From an uncultured Acidimicrobiaceae bacterium (GTDB taxonomy: Bacteria > Actinomycetota > Acidimicrobiia > Acidimicrobiales > RAAP-2), in the NCBI GenBank assembly GCA_963706555.1, contig OY970164.1, forward strand, positions 4,966,816 through 5,030,815: a stretch of 64,000 bases of DNA, read 5' to 3'. This document shows, one piece after another, positions 1 through 9,145 of the stretch. The position numbers and the translations under genes were made by a program. Position 1 is the first letter of the stretch. Each line of letters opens with the position of its first letter. The notes under the pieces were generated by a model, which saw only the letters and a list, made by a program, of their open reading frames with translations, searched no databases and was not told the origin of the DNA.

Positions 1-240
1 CGTTGAGTCCAGGAACGTCACCCCGGCGATGTCGAGCACGAGGCCACCCGCGAGCTGCTCGTCGGTGAGGGTGGCCAATCGGTCTTGCAGCGGCGGCACC
101 GAGACGCCGTCCAGCTCGCCGGTCAGCGTGACGCACGTTCGACCGTCCCGCTCGCTCACGTCGACCGTTAACTCCGATAATGCATCCGGCTCCGTGATGG
201 CGTCGGCCTCGACCGTTCTCTCAGCTCTGTTCCACAACAT
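1..240 (-). CDS. STAS-domain anti-sigma-factor antagonist (SpoIIAA/RsbV-like), partial; C-terminus lies beyond the left window edge
   Basis: Absent from the ORF track because there is no stop in the window. My minus-strand translation from the ATG at 240: MLWNRAERTVEADAITEPDALSELTVDVSERDGRTCVTLTGELDGVSVPPLQDRLATL..GLVLDIAGVTFLDST, open to base 1. The GELD...TFLDS pattern matches the other two STAS ORFs here. Confidence 0.65.
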   Translation of the reverse strand, partial: MLWNRAERTVEADAITEPDALSELTVDVSERDGRTCVTLTGELDGVSVPPLQDRLATLTDEQLAGGLVLDIAGVTFLDST

Positions 241-682
241 GGCTACGACCTCCCTGCGAATCTCGTACGGCTGTCGCTCCGGGGGCGCCTCTGCCACCCC
301 GCAAGGAGGATTGTACGATCGGGCAAACGCCTATTTCAAGGCCACGGAGTTGCAGCTCGGGTGCTTCGGGACGGCGAGGTGAGCGGGCCGCCAGAGACCA
401 GCCAGCAGTGGTCACATCCCTTCGGCGCGCCAATCACCCTGACGCGCAAAAGGGCCGGAGGAAAGTTGGAAATCCCCGACCCGTTGCGCACTGGACAACC
501 TCACCTTGGAACGCCCAGCGCTCCGAGGTCTACCCCAATGCGAGCAAGTCAATCACTGGGTCGCCGTGGCCGATCGCGCAGAAGCCCGGGGCCTCGTGAG
601 GGGTTCCCGGCGCCTCTGTAGCCGGTTCTCGGGAACCGGGCCGACCGGCTTGTACCCAATGGAGGATTGACCGAACCATGAC

Positions 683-2014
683 TTGTACCGGGGGGGTTAC
701 CCTCGGAAGTCCAACACAAAAGGGCTATCTGCAAAAACATTTCGGCGCAGGCCGGCCCGCACTTTGGGCCTTGGTACCGCTACGATCCGTTGGGTGCCGA
801 CCGTTGCTGGCCAGAGTGCAGAAGACCAGTTGCGTGACCTTCAGGCGGTGACAGATACCGCATTGGGTCGCCTTGGGGTCGATGACCTCCTCGGCGAACT
901 GTTGGATCGCGTCCGGGACATCGCCGCAGCGGACACCGTCGCCGTACTCCTCATGGACGAGGCCACCCAACAGTTAGTCGCCAGAGCGGCACGCGGCATC
1001 GAAGAAGAGGTCCGTGAGGGAGTCCGCATTCCCGTGGGCGTCGGGTTCGCCGGACGAATCGCCCAGCAGAAGCGCCCGGTACTGCTCGATCGAGTCGATG
1101 CGACGACCGTGGCCAACCCCATCCTGTGGCAGAAGGGCATCCGCACGATGCTCGGTGTGCCCCTTTTCGCAGGGAAGCGCGTGATCGGGGTCCTGCATGT
1201 AGGTCGACTCGATCAGCGCCCCTTCGGTACTGAGGACGCTTCACTGCTGCAGGTCGTGGCCGAACGCCTCGCAGGCGCTATACAACGAACACAGTTGGAC
1301 GAAGAACGCGCCGCGGCGACCCTCCTGGAACGTAGCTTGCTGCTGGACAAAATGCCTCACTGTCCTGGGCTTGAGTTTGCCGCTCGCTACCTGACGCCCG
1401 AAGATCGCAGTGTGGGCGGTGACTGGTATGACCTGTTCACCTTGCCCTCGGGCGAGCTATGGATCGTGGTCGGTGATGTCGCGGGGCACGGACTCGCGGC
1501 GGCAGTTGTGATGGGTCGGTTGAGGAGTGCGTTGCGCTCGTACGCCCTCCTGGGCGAATCGCCGGAGAAGGTATTGCAGCTCACTGACCGGAAGGCTCAG
1601 CATTTCGAGATCGGCAAGATTGCGACCATTGTGTGCGCGACGAGCAAGCCACCGTATCGAGACTTCCGCGTCGTCACTGCTGGTCACCCACCCCCGGTCC
1701 TGGTCGTACCAGGGGAGGAACCGTCGCTCTTGGAACTACCCATTGGTCCACCGCTCGGCGTTCGAGATGAGGTTCCCCGATCCGGCACCACCGTTCGCCT
1801 TCCCGACGGCGCTCTCCTCCTCCTTTATACCGACGGACTCATTGAGCGGCGGAATGAGCCACTAGACACTGGGCTGGACCAACTGCGTGCTTCACTTCGC
1901 CCGGATCATCCCGAAGTGGTTTGCAGTCAGGTCTTGCGCGACCTCTTGGGATCGACGCTCCCGAGGGATGACGTCGTCGTCGTCGCAGTTCGAAAAGAGA
2001 GTTCAGGAGGGTAA
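683..2014 (+). CDS. GAF-domain PP2C/SpoIIE-type serine phosphatase (RsbU-like)
   Basis: 443-aa ORF. The N-terminal half is GAF-like (VAVLLMDEATQQLVARAA..GVLHVGRL). The C-terminal half has PP2C motifs (GGDWYD, GDVAGHGLAAAVVMGRLRSALRSYA, LLLYTDGLIERR). TTG start at 683, with an alternative in-frame GTG at 794. Confidence 0.85.
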   Translation: MYRGGYPRKSNTKGLSAKTFRRRPARTLGLGTATIRWVPTVAGQSAEDQLRDLQAVTDTALGRLGVDDLLGELLDRVRDIAAADTVAVLLMDEATQQLVARAARGIEEEVREGVRIPVGVGFAGRIAQQKRPVLLDRVDATTVANPILWQKGIRTMLGVPLFAGKRVIGVLHVGRLDQRPFGTEDASLLQVVAERLAGAIQRTQLDEERAAATLLERSLLLDKMPHCPGLEFAARYLTPEDRSVGGDWYDLFTLPSGELWIVVGDVAGHGLAAAVVMGRLRSALRSYALLGESPEKVLQLTDRKAQHFEIGKIATIVCATSKPPYRDFRVVTAGHPPPVLVVPGEEPSLLELPIGPPLGVRDEVPRSGTTVRLPDGALLLLYTDGLIERRNEPLDTGLDQLRASLRPDHPEVVCSQVLRDLLGSTLPRDDVVVVAVRKESSGG

Positions 2015-2144
2015 AAGGCTTCAGCTAGGGAACCTCTTGTGCGCCGTGAAGCGCGTTACCTCAGGCTGAGGAAGACCTCCGACCTTCTCAAAAGCACATT
2101 GCAGCGAGGAAAGAGCGAAGCCGTTTTCCGTCTGAGCGTGCAAA

Positions 2145-2174
2145 GGGCCGGAGGGTTGAACGGCCCTCCGGCCC
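2145..2174. terminator. GC-rich hairpin between convergent genes (bidirectional terminator candidate)
   Basis: gggccggaggg (2145-2155) pairs perfectly with ccctccggccc (2164-2174) across an 8-nt loop. It lies between the phosphatase stop (2014) and the STAS stop (2244). Confidence 0.6.
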
Positions 2175-2243
2175 CCGGCCCCTGGACTTGCCGCGGTCCA
2201 GATCGCTCCCCTCCTACCCCGGCCCAATGGCTGGCAAACATGA

Positions 2244-2621
2244 TCAGCCGGGCCGCACCGTCAGGACCTTATGAAGCCCCGCTATCTCGAAGAGACGGGT
2301 CGCCCGTGGCGTGGCGGCGCAGATCACCAACGCGTGACCGAACGATTGGAGCTTGTTGTGCTCAGCCACGAAGAGGGCCAGACCGCTAGAGTCGATGAAG
2401 GTCAGCAGTCCGATGTCGAGCATCAGATCGCCCTCTAAGTCCTCGGTGACGTCGATCAGCGCCTCCCGCAGGATGGGCGCAGTGGACATGTCCAGCTCGC
2501 CCTCGACGACCAGGACGACGCCCTCGTCGGATGCACTGACCGAGACGTTAAATGGCGGACCGTGGGAAGCAGGGGCATCGCTGACGATAATCGGCGGGTC
2601 TATTTCCAAGGTCATGGCCAT
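2244..2621 (-). CDS. STAS-domain anti-sigma-factor antagonist
   Basis: 125 aa. VVLVVEGELDMSTAPILREALIDV...LLTFIDSSGLALFVAEHNKL...ATRLFEIAGLHKVL is a typical SpoIIAA/RsbV pattern. Confidence 0.85.
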   Translation of the reverse strand: MAMTLEIDPPIIVSDAPASHGPPFNVSVSASDEGVVLVVEGELDMSTAPILREALIDVTEDLEGDLMLDIGLLTFIDSSGLALFVAEHNKLQSFGHALVICAATPRATRLFEIAGLHKVLTVRPG

Positions 2622-2948
2622 TCCTCCCCATCGGGACTGCCAACTCGGAGTGACGGGCGCTCCTCCATCTCAGCGCCATCCCAGGCCGCTTCTTGACCTG
2701 GTGACTATCAATGATATGGAGCGCTACGGCCCGTTACAAGGGGGCGAAGGCCTGGAGGGAGCCAGGGAGGCGTGGGCGTGGGTGCCTCTCTTTGACGATC
2801 CCACTGACCAGGGTGCGCTACCTGATCGCCCCGGCAAAATATGTGCATACCCGAAGGTTCTCGGCTCGCACCTGGGCGGGAGGGACTGGGTCACATCATG
2901 ACACCGCGGCCGGGATCACCGCCGACAAGGACGACACCGCGTAAGGCC

Positions 2949-3173
2949 CTAGTTGCTTGAGGGTTCATCCTCCACGTAGGGGATGGAACGGCCCGGATCA
3001 AACTCCACCAGGTACTCATTCAACGCCGCCGCTATGAGGTTGTACTCGTGCGCCGTCGGATCGACCGTTCCGTCGAGGATTCCGCTTAGCTCCTCCGACG
3101 TGTTCATGCTGCCGAGCGCGAAGGACCGCCACCACAACTCTTCAACGGATAGGTCGGCGGATCGCCGGTACAT
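2949..3173 (-). CDS. small hypothetical protein
   Basis: The last 74 codons of ORF 2949..3422 (MYRRSADLSVEELWWRSFALGSMNTSEELSGILDGTVDPTAHEYNLIAAALNEYLVEF..) look like a compact helical protein. The upstream part of the ORF is Arg/Pro/Gly-rich and probably non-coding. ATG at 3173. Confidence 0.4.
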   Translation of the reverse strand: MYRRSADLSVEELWWRSFALGSMNTSEELSGILDGTVDPTAHEYNLIAAALNEYLVEFDPGRSIPYVEDEPSSN

Positions 3174-3540
3174 CTCAATGAGTTGGACCTTCGGTTCGGG
3201 ACCGAGCGGCACGGCTTCACCCCCAATGATGGGTTGCGCAACGGTACACCCGAAGTGGGCCGGATGACAGGGCCGGTCTGACACGGGCGATGCAAAGGCG
3301 GGCCGCCCGGACGGCCCGTGTGCTTCGTTGTACGCGCCGCAACGGCGCTGGTTGGCCGGTGGCCGCGGGGAGAACATTCGTGCTCCCGAGCCGGACCCTT
3401 GTTTGTAAACACTCGTTGACACAGTGGCCCCATTCGCTCACTGATGAAGAACTCCGAGTCATTCTGGGAAGCATGGGAGCGAATACGGTCGAGCGCGGAG
3501 CCGCCCGTCGCCGAGTCGAACTGACCGAGCGAGGGTCGCA

Positions 3541-3729
3541 ATGACCACCTCCGTAGAACATCCCAACAGTGCGTTCCCTTTGTTGCACGGGCACTGTTTT
3601 TCCATCACCAAGGCAGAATTTGGCAGCGCCGCCTACTGCGATGAACCGGTGGTCTGGAAGGGCCCTTGGCGCGACGTCAAGGGAGAGGTCTGGACCGTCG
3701 AAGCGTGCGAGATTCACAAGCCCGCCTAA
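3541..3729 (+). CDS. small Cys/His-rich protein (C..C.EP..WKG.W.D.KG..W.VEAC..H family, my own naming)
   Basis: 62 aa. The C-terminal 45 residues align with ORF 30663..30875 (CDEPVVWKGPWRDVKGEVWTVEACEIH vs CHEPPAWKGIWKDRKGKSWYVEACAEH). Confidence 0.5.
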   Translation: MTTSVEHPNSAFPLLHGHCFSITKAEFGSAAYCDEPVVWKGPWRDVKGEVWTVEACEIHKPA

Positions 3730-3965
3730 CAGGCCCGCTTGGCGTCCGCTCTCCGCGCATGAACGATTACTACTGTGCGCATTACCTGACCCCGATCATC
3801 GGCGATGACGCATGGTTCACGGGCCTTCGCCCCGCACACTTGGCACTCGAATTCGATTCTGGCAAGGTTTGACGATGCCACGAACTCACTGATGGCGTTG
3901 CCCAATGGACCAGCGCCAGTTTTCTCCGAGTCATCTCGGCTGATGCTCTCAAATACCTGCATGAA

Positions 3966-4568
3966 TCACGCTCTATACGGCTGATCGACTTCCTCTCGTG
4001 CGCCGTGGGCGGCGAGGGCGTAGACGACGAGGACGCCAAGGCCGATGTAGACGAGTGACCACACCGGATAGTACGGCATTAACCAGATCGAACTGATGGC
4101 GAGGATGGCACCGGCGGTGACGCCCACCCAGCGACCGATCTGCGAACGGTTCGATACGATGGCGAGCGCGGACAGGATGAGAATGGCGGCCACGACGACG
4201 TAGATCCAGCCGTAGGTTTTGAGGCTATGGCCGAAGATTGCGTTCTCAAGATTCTCTGGCAAAACGCCGTGATAACGGAAGGCCCAGATTGCGTCGAAGA
4301 CACGCATGATGCCTGCCACTCCGAGCACTACGGCTGCAAAGACAATCCAACCTTCACCGCGTCGTTCCTCGGTCCTCCAGTTGTTTGGCGAGGGACGGGA
4401 GGATAGAGGAAAAGGGGATAGCTCGCAATCAGTTTTTTGCTCGAGGCCGAGTGGATGCAAAATCGCGCACCGAATAAACGTTTGAATGGCACCCCCGGTT
4501 AGGCCACCGTCGGCTACTAAACGAAACGAGGGAGGACTTCCCCCTACGCCCTTCATTGGTCGACACAT
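3966..4568 (-). CDS. multi-pass membrane protein, paralog of 8457..8885
   Basis: The residues from GEGWIVFAAVVLGVAGIMRVFDAIWAFRYHGVLPENLENAIFGHSLKTYGWIY onward are nearly identical to the 8457 ORF. The conserved part begins near 4386 and has no canonical start codon close upstream, so the 5' end is uncertain. Confidence 0.65.
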   Translation of the reverse strand: MCRPMKGVGGSPPSFRLVADGGLTGGAIQTFIRCAILHPLGLEQKTDCELSPFPLSSRPSPNNWRTEERRGEGWIVFAAVVLGVAGIMRVFDAIWAFRYHGVLPENLENAIFGHSLKTYGWIYVVVAAILILSALAIVSNRSQIGRWVGVTAGAILAISSIWLMPYYPVWSLVYIGLGVLVVYALAAHGAREEVDQPYRA

Positions 4569-4620
4569 GCGAGGGCGACGCTAGGTCGAATCGCGAACAA
4601 CGTGCGGCTATCTTCGTCTG

Positions 4621-4662
4621 ATGGATCGCATGCCCGAGCCCGGCGACCCGGTCCCGTACTGG
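4621..4662. repeat. 42-bp direct repeat, copy 1 (duplicated 5' end of the small Cys/His gene)
   Basis: atggatcgcatgcccgagcccggcgacccggtcccgtactgg matches atggaccgcatgcccgaacccggcgacccggtcccttactcg at 5039-5080 at 38 of 42 positions. Confidence 0.8.
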
Positions 4663-4678
4663 CTACGCCCCGTGTGGC

Positions 4679-4891
4679 TCAGATCCCGTTCCAGTAATCG
4701 ACCAGAGCCCTAAACGCAATGTCCTCGCTGTGATCGAAGCACCACATCTCGAATGTGGAGAGAGCGCCAGGGTTGTCCGCCTGCAAATCGGCGACCAACC
4801 TGCGGAGGGCGTTGTTGAGGGCGTCCGGCTCGATCACGGTCCAACCTCGATTCGATGCGTAGGCGGACCCTTTGTTCAGAGTCATCCCCAC
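4679..4891 (-). CDS. small protein, 'DYWNGI' family (my own naming); paralogs at 31031..31243 and the C-terminus of 54395..54799
   Basis: 70 aa ending ..LRRLVADLQADNPGALSTFEMWCFDHSEDIAFRALVDYWNGI, with roughly 85% nucleotide identity (my by-eye estimate) to the 31-kb copy. GTG start at 4891 or ATG at 4885. Confidence 0.6.
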   Translation of the reverse strand: MGMTLNKGSAYASNRGWTVIEPDALNNALRRLVADLQADNPGALSTFEMWCFDHSEDIAFRALVDYWNGI

Positions 4892-5038
4892 CTTGCCACA
4901 CTCCGACGTGCCGACGTTTTCAATAGACGTCCCATGGGTACTGACCCAATGCGGTCGCTCTCTACTCCACCAGCGGCCGTCGCCCCCGGCAAGCAGCGGT
5001 CGGGGGCACTGTTGACACCCCAGGGCTACGGTCGCTCA

Positions 5039-5165
5039 ATGGACCGCATGCCCGAACCCGGCGACCCGGTCCCTTACTCGTTCACGGCCATGCCGGGCCG
5101 CTGTCTGAGGCTCATCTACTCGCCACAGCTCCAGGCGACCCACTGCCATGGACCGCCGAGGCGAG
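5039..5165 (+). pseudogene. degenerate copy of the small Cys/His gene (internal deletion)
   Basis: MDRMPEPGDPVPYSFTAMPGRCLRLIYSPQLQATHCHGPP follows copy 30875..30663 closely, then loses the WKG..VEAC..H part. Confidence 0.45.
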
Positions 5166-5524
5166 CACGCCAAGAAGAGAGCGGCCAAGTCTTTGCACGT
5201 ACCGTTTGTAATCGATGGGCAATAGCGCGGACCCAGAACCGCCGTGCCATAGATGGCCATTTCTTGTTGGCCATCTATGACCCCCCATCCTTGCGAGTTC
5301 GCATTACGCGAACGGCCGGGCAGGAGGTACGTAAATCTCAGGCTGGGCCAAAGTGGATAATGCATTTGGGATTGGCGCGATTGCTTAAGGTGGGTCTAAC
5401 TCGCCGCACGATCGGTTGGCTGTAGCCGGATAACACTCACGCATAACCGGGTGTCCTCGTCGCCCAGTCACTTCTCTGGCTGATCGCGACCGGTAATCGG
5501 CATACTGGTGCTCTTCGCGCTCCC

Positions 5525-6811
5525 TTAACCCGTCCTCTGCCCTACGCCCTTAACCGATGCTCCTATGGATCTTGTCAAGCCCCTTGAAGGATTTTCGGGA
5601 GAAAGACAGCGGACAGACCAATGATGGGCCACTCGACTTGGAGGGCAAGCTCTTATCAGGTCACGCGTCTTTGTGATCTGGTTGAACCCGGGCCACGGAC
5701 CGGCAAATCGGTTACAAGTCAGCCTCGAAGGACGACAGGCGTTTAGTGAGCCAGGTCCATGGCCCGGGGATCTAGCCGCGGGCAAGTAGCGGTATACCTC
5801 GCGGGCGACGTAGCGCTTGAGCATCCGAATGGCCTCGCGCTTGGAACGACCGTCTTTGACCCGGCGCTCGACGTAGGCCTGCGTATCGGGATCAGACGCC
5901 AGCCTCGTGATCACGATGTGCCACAGCGCCCGATTGGCCTGTCGATCTCCGCCGCGGTTGAGCCGATGGCGCGTCACTTTGCCCGAAGAGGCCTGAAGTG
6001 GTGAGACGCCGCACAGGTGGGCCCACGCCGCTTCTGAATGCAGACGTTCGGGATTGTCGCCGGCGGCGACGAGCAGCGTGGCCGCGGTGTCGATCCCCAC
6101 GCCGTAAACGGCGAGGAGATCTGGTGCGGTGGCTTCGAGAAGTGGGGTGATCCGGTCATCGAGCTCTTTGATCTCCTGTTCGAGGTCGGCCGCTCGGTGA
6201 GCCAACGATGACAACGAGGCCTTGGTGGCCGCGGTCACGGTGTCAGCCGGTCGCGACGGTCGCAGATTCTGGGCGGTCGCGATGAACTGCGCGATGGGAA
6301 GTCCTTGAGACGGCTTTGCAGCTGGTCAGGGGCGCTGTAGGTGAGTTGGCGCATCTGAGCGAGGGCCTCGACGCGGGAAGAGCGCGCCGAGCGCTTGGCC
6401 ACAGTCAGGACCCGGATGGCCTCGACCGAACCGTCTCTGCTCTTTGCCTGTCCGCGTGGCTCGTCCCGACAAGGCGGCACGGGCGGCCTCGACGGCGTCA
6501 AGAGGATCGGTTTTGCCACTGAAGCGGCGGGCCTGCCGGTTCTGCCGGTCTACTTCGACGACCTCGACGCCAGCTCGAGCGAGGAAACGGGCCACGCCTG
6601 CCCCATACGATCCCGTACCCTCCACGCCCACCCTGGTGACGTTTCCAAAGCCACGCAACCAGGAGAACAGGGCTGCATAGCCGCCCGGATTGGCTTCGAA
6701 CGATTCGGACCCAAGCAGGCCACCGACCTCGTCCAAGGCGGCGGCCACATGAGTCTCGCTATGAGTATCGATGCCACCGGTGATGGTGCGCGTTGCTTCT
6801 ACGATGGTCAT
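5525..6811 (-). pseudogene. IS110-family transposase, disrupted by two frameshifts
   Basis: N-terminus MTIVEATRTITGGIDTHSETHVAAALD..GVEGTGSYGAG (ATG at 6811). The middle part (EAIRVLTVAKRSARSSRVEALAQMRQL) is in a second frame. The C-terminus (LLAVYGVGIDTAATLLVAAGDNPERL..NRGGDRQANRALWHIV..LKRYVAREVYRYL) is in a third frame. The shifts are near 6470 and 6296. Confidence 0.85.
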
Positions 6812-7075
6812 GCCATCCCTTCCTTTCCTTAAGCGGTTGAGGGATGGCACGGCCGTCCCGTCAGGAGTGACGGTGTGGGTCGATCTGCTGCGAACAGACC
6901 GGCCTATCACCCCTCTGGAACGGGGCGCGCCGCGCCTCGTATGTGTTTGCCGGGAGCGCCGGTCGACAGCGTGCAGACACGATCACATGTCCACGTGATC
7001 TTGAGTCAGACCGGTGACCCCGGTGCTCCCGAAATTACAGAGGACCAACCTTTCGATGGTGGACCCTCATGGGAG

Positions 7076-7495
7076 TCAATGAACAACATCATTGGCGTTT
7101 TGATGATCCTGAGTGCCGTTTGCCACGAGTATCTTCACACTTGAATGAGCAACGGTCGACGTGGTCGTTGATACCGGGTGTAGGGAAGTGCTCGTCGTGC
7201 TGGAGGTCGATGCGGTCTTGAAGTGAGGGCCGACCACCGATCCAATAAATCCCGCGACTGCAAGTGCTCCCAGGCAGACGATGGTGATGCCGATATATCC
7301 CGCCCAAGATGTCTGCCTGTCGGCGTGGAGAGGACTCACGAAGTAGATACTAGGGAGCGCGACGTGGCATGCGCCCGATCCTGCCGATTCTCGGGATACG
7401 GTCGCGCCGGGGTTCGGCCGAGATATTGGACAGCGCCAACTCCGCTGGAAATGGTATCGACGAAAGTGCCACCTGGCTCCTATCAGCGATTCCAT
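7076..7495 (-). pseudogene. possible membrane-anchored LytR_C-like gene remnant, truncated next to the IS110
   Basis: TM segment WAGYIGITIVCLGALAVAGFIGSVVG, a Ser/Thr-rich linker, then VKILVANGTQ (LytR_C-like beginning) followed by a premature stop. Alternative frames downstream still read protein-like. Confidence 0.3.
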
Positions 7496-7977
7496 AACAA
7501 CCCCCGATCTTGCTGCGCACTGGATGCCTCAGTACATTGACGGCAGATTGGAGATTCATCTGTCTTCCTCGGAAGGTGAAACTGACGCGGATCTGGAACA
7601 GATCGACGAAGAACTCGTCGCCCTCGGATTGAAGCCCGAGCGAAATGCCGAGGCGATGTGCTATCCGGGGGGCGTCCCGGTTGGCCCAATGCAGTCGGAG
7701 GAGCGCTGCATCATGGAGACGCTGCACAAACCGCCGCCTCGGACGCTCCATCGCAATAACGGGAAGTTGTCGTCACCCCCCACCCGCCCAAGCCACTGGT
7801 GGAGAGGACGCAGTCCCAACGTGTCCGCTCATTCCAGCTTCGCGCACGCCTCGCCCTGGCTGAGGGTTAGCGAGTGAAGGGTGATCGAGTGGACGAAATT
7901 TTCCAGCTGAGTTCTGATCTGATAAGCACACAGAGACGACCCAGCCAACAGGGTGGGGCGAAGATTAGGAGACAGCC

Positions 7978-8304
7978 ATGGCCAATGAAACGCCGGTGCT
8001 CGACACAGTCGCTGCGATGACCCTGGAATCAGTCGCGCGTTGTGGCCTAGATCCTCACTCGTTGCTTTTGGTCCGCATTGCTGCTTTGGCCGCGGTCGAT
8101 GCAACGCCTGTTTCTTACCTGTTGCATGTTGGCCCTGCCTTGGAGACTGGGGTGACGATCGATCAGGTCCAAGACGTGCTGGTGGCTGTCGCACCGATCG
8201 TGGGGACAGCAAGAGTGACGTCTGCGGCCCTCGCGATCACAGAGGCATTGGGTGTGGCCATCGCGGTCATCGAGGCTGAGACCGACGCTGAACTCGATTC
8301 ATAA
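7978..8304 (+). CDS. carboxymuconolactone-decarboxylase (CMD)-like family protein
   Basis: 108 aa with RBS aggag upstream. LLLVRIAALAAVDATPVSYLLHVGPALETGVTIDQVQDVLVAVAPIVGTARV. Paralog at 40467..40793. Confidence 0.65.
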   Translation: MANETPVLDTVAAMTLESVARCGLDPHSLLLVRIAALAAVDATPVSYLLHVGPALETGVTIDQVQDVLVAVAPIVGTARVTSAALAITEALGVAIAVIEAETDAELDS

Positions 8305-8456
8305 AATGAGCTGAGTTCGGGGCGTCGAGTCACCACGCCCAGGAGCCGGCTCAATCATGACGCCAGTGTCAGCCGTCAAAACCCATTGCCTTCAGTCTTC
8401 ACATGCTCTATCTTTCGATGCCGTAAGGGATCATCTAACGAAGAGGGGGCGGACCC

Positions 8457-8885
8457 GTGGAACAACGCGGTGAAGGTTGGATTGTCTTTGCGGCGGTCGT
8501 GCTCGGAACCGCTGGCATCATGCGTGTCTTCGACGCAATCTGGGCCTTCCGTTACCACGGTGTCTTGCCAGAGAATCTTGAGAATGCCATCTTCGGCCAT
8601 AGCCTGAAGACGTATGGGTGGATCTACATCGTGGTGGCTGCCATCCTCATCCTGTCGGCACTCGTCATCGTGATGAACCGTTCACAGGTCGGCCGCTGGG
8701 TGGGCGTCGCCGCCGGTGCCATCCTCGCCATCAGCTCGATCTGGTTGATGCCCTACTACCCGATCTGGTCGCTCACCTACATCGGCATTGGCGTCCTCGT
8801 CGTCTACGCCCTCGCGGCGCACGGCGGGCGTGACGAGATCACGGTTCAAGAGCAAGTCCGTTACGAAAGTGTTCGCGAGGTCTAG
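8457..8885 (+). CDS. multi-pass membrane protein, paralog of 3966..4568
   Basis: 142 aa with a GTG start. Four hydrophobic segments, and near-identical to the inverted copy at about 4 kb. Confidence 0.75.
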   Translation: MEQRGEGWIVFAAVVLGTAGIMRVFDAIWAFRYHGVLPENLENAIFGHSLKTYGWIYIVVAAILILSALVIVMNRSQVGRWVGVAAGAILAISSIWLMPYYPIWSLTYIGIGVLVVYALAAHGGRDEITVQEQVRYESVREV

Positions 8886-9145
8886 GGAACAAGTCGGTCA
8901 AAGCACGCCCCCCGCCTGAGTCAACTGAAGGGGTTGCGGCGACGACCGCGAATCAAACCCTGACGCGCAGCGAGGCGCCGGAATGCCCGCATCCCACCCC
9001 TCGACGCCTTGAAATCCTCTCAGCGGCAGGGGCGGTATCGGTGTCGGACGGTTGTCTATCGGTTGCCCTAACACGAAGGGAGGGTCTCGATCTTCCCTAT
9101 CGCCCCGCCAGGAACCTGTCGGTGCCGAGAACCCATCCGCCCAGT

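Noticed and set aside
7350-7877. Two mutually antisense ORFs (7350..7751 minus, 7524..7877 plus)
   Set aside because: Third-position GC is similar for both, and neither has a motif I recognise. I could not decide which, if either, is real.
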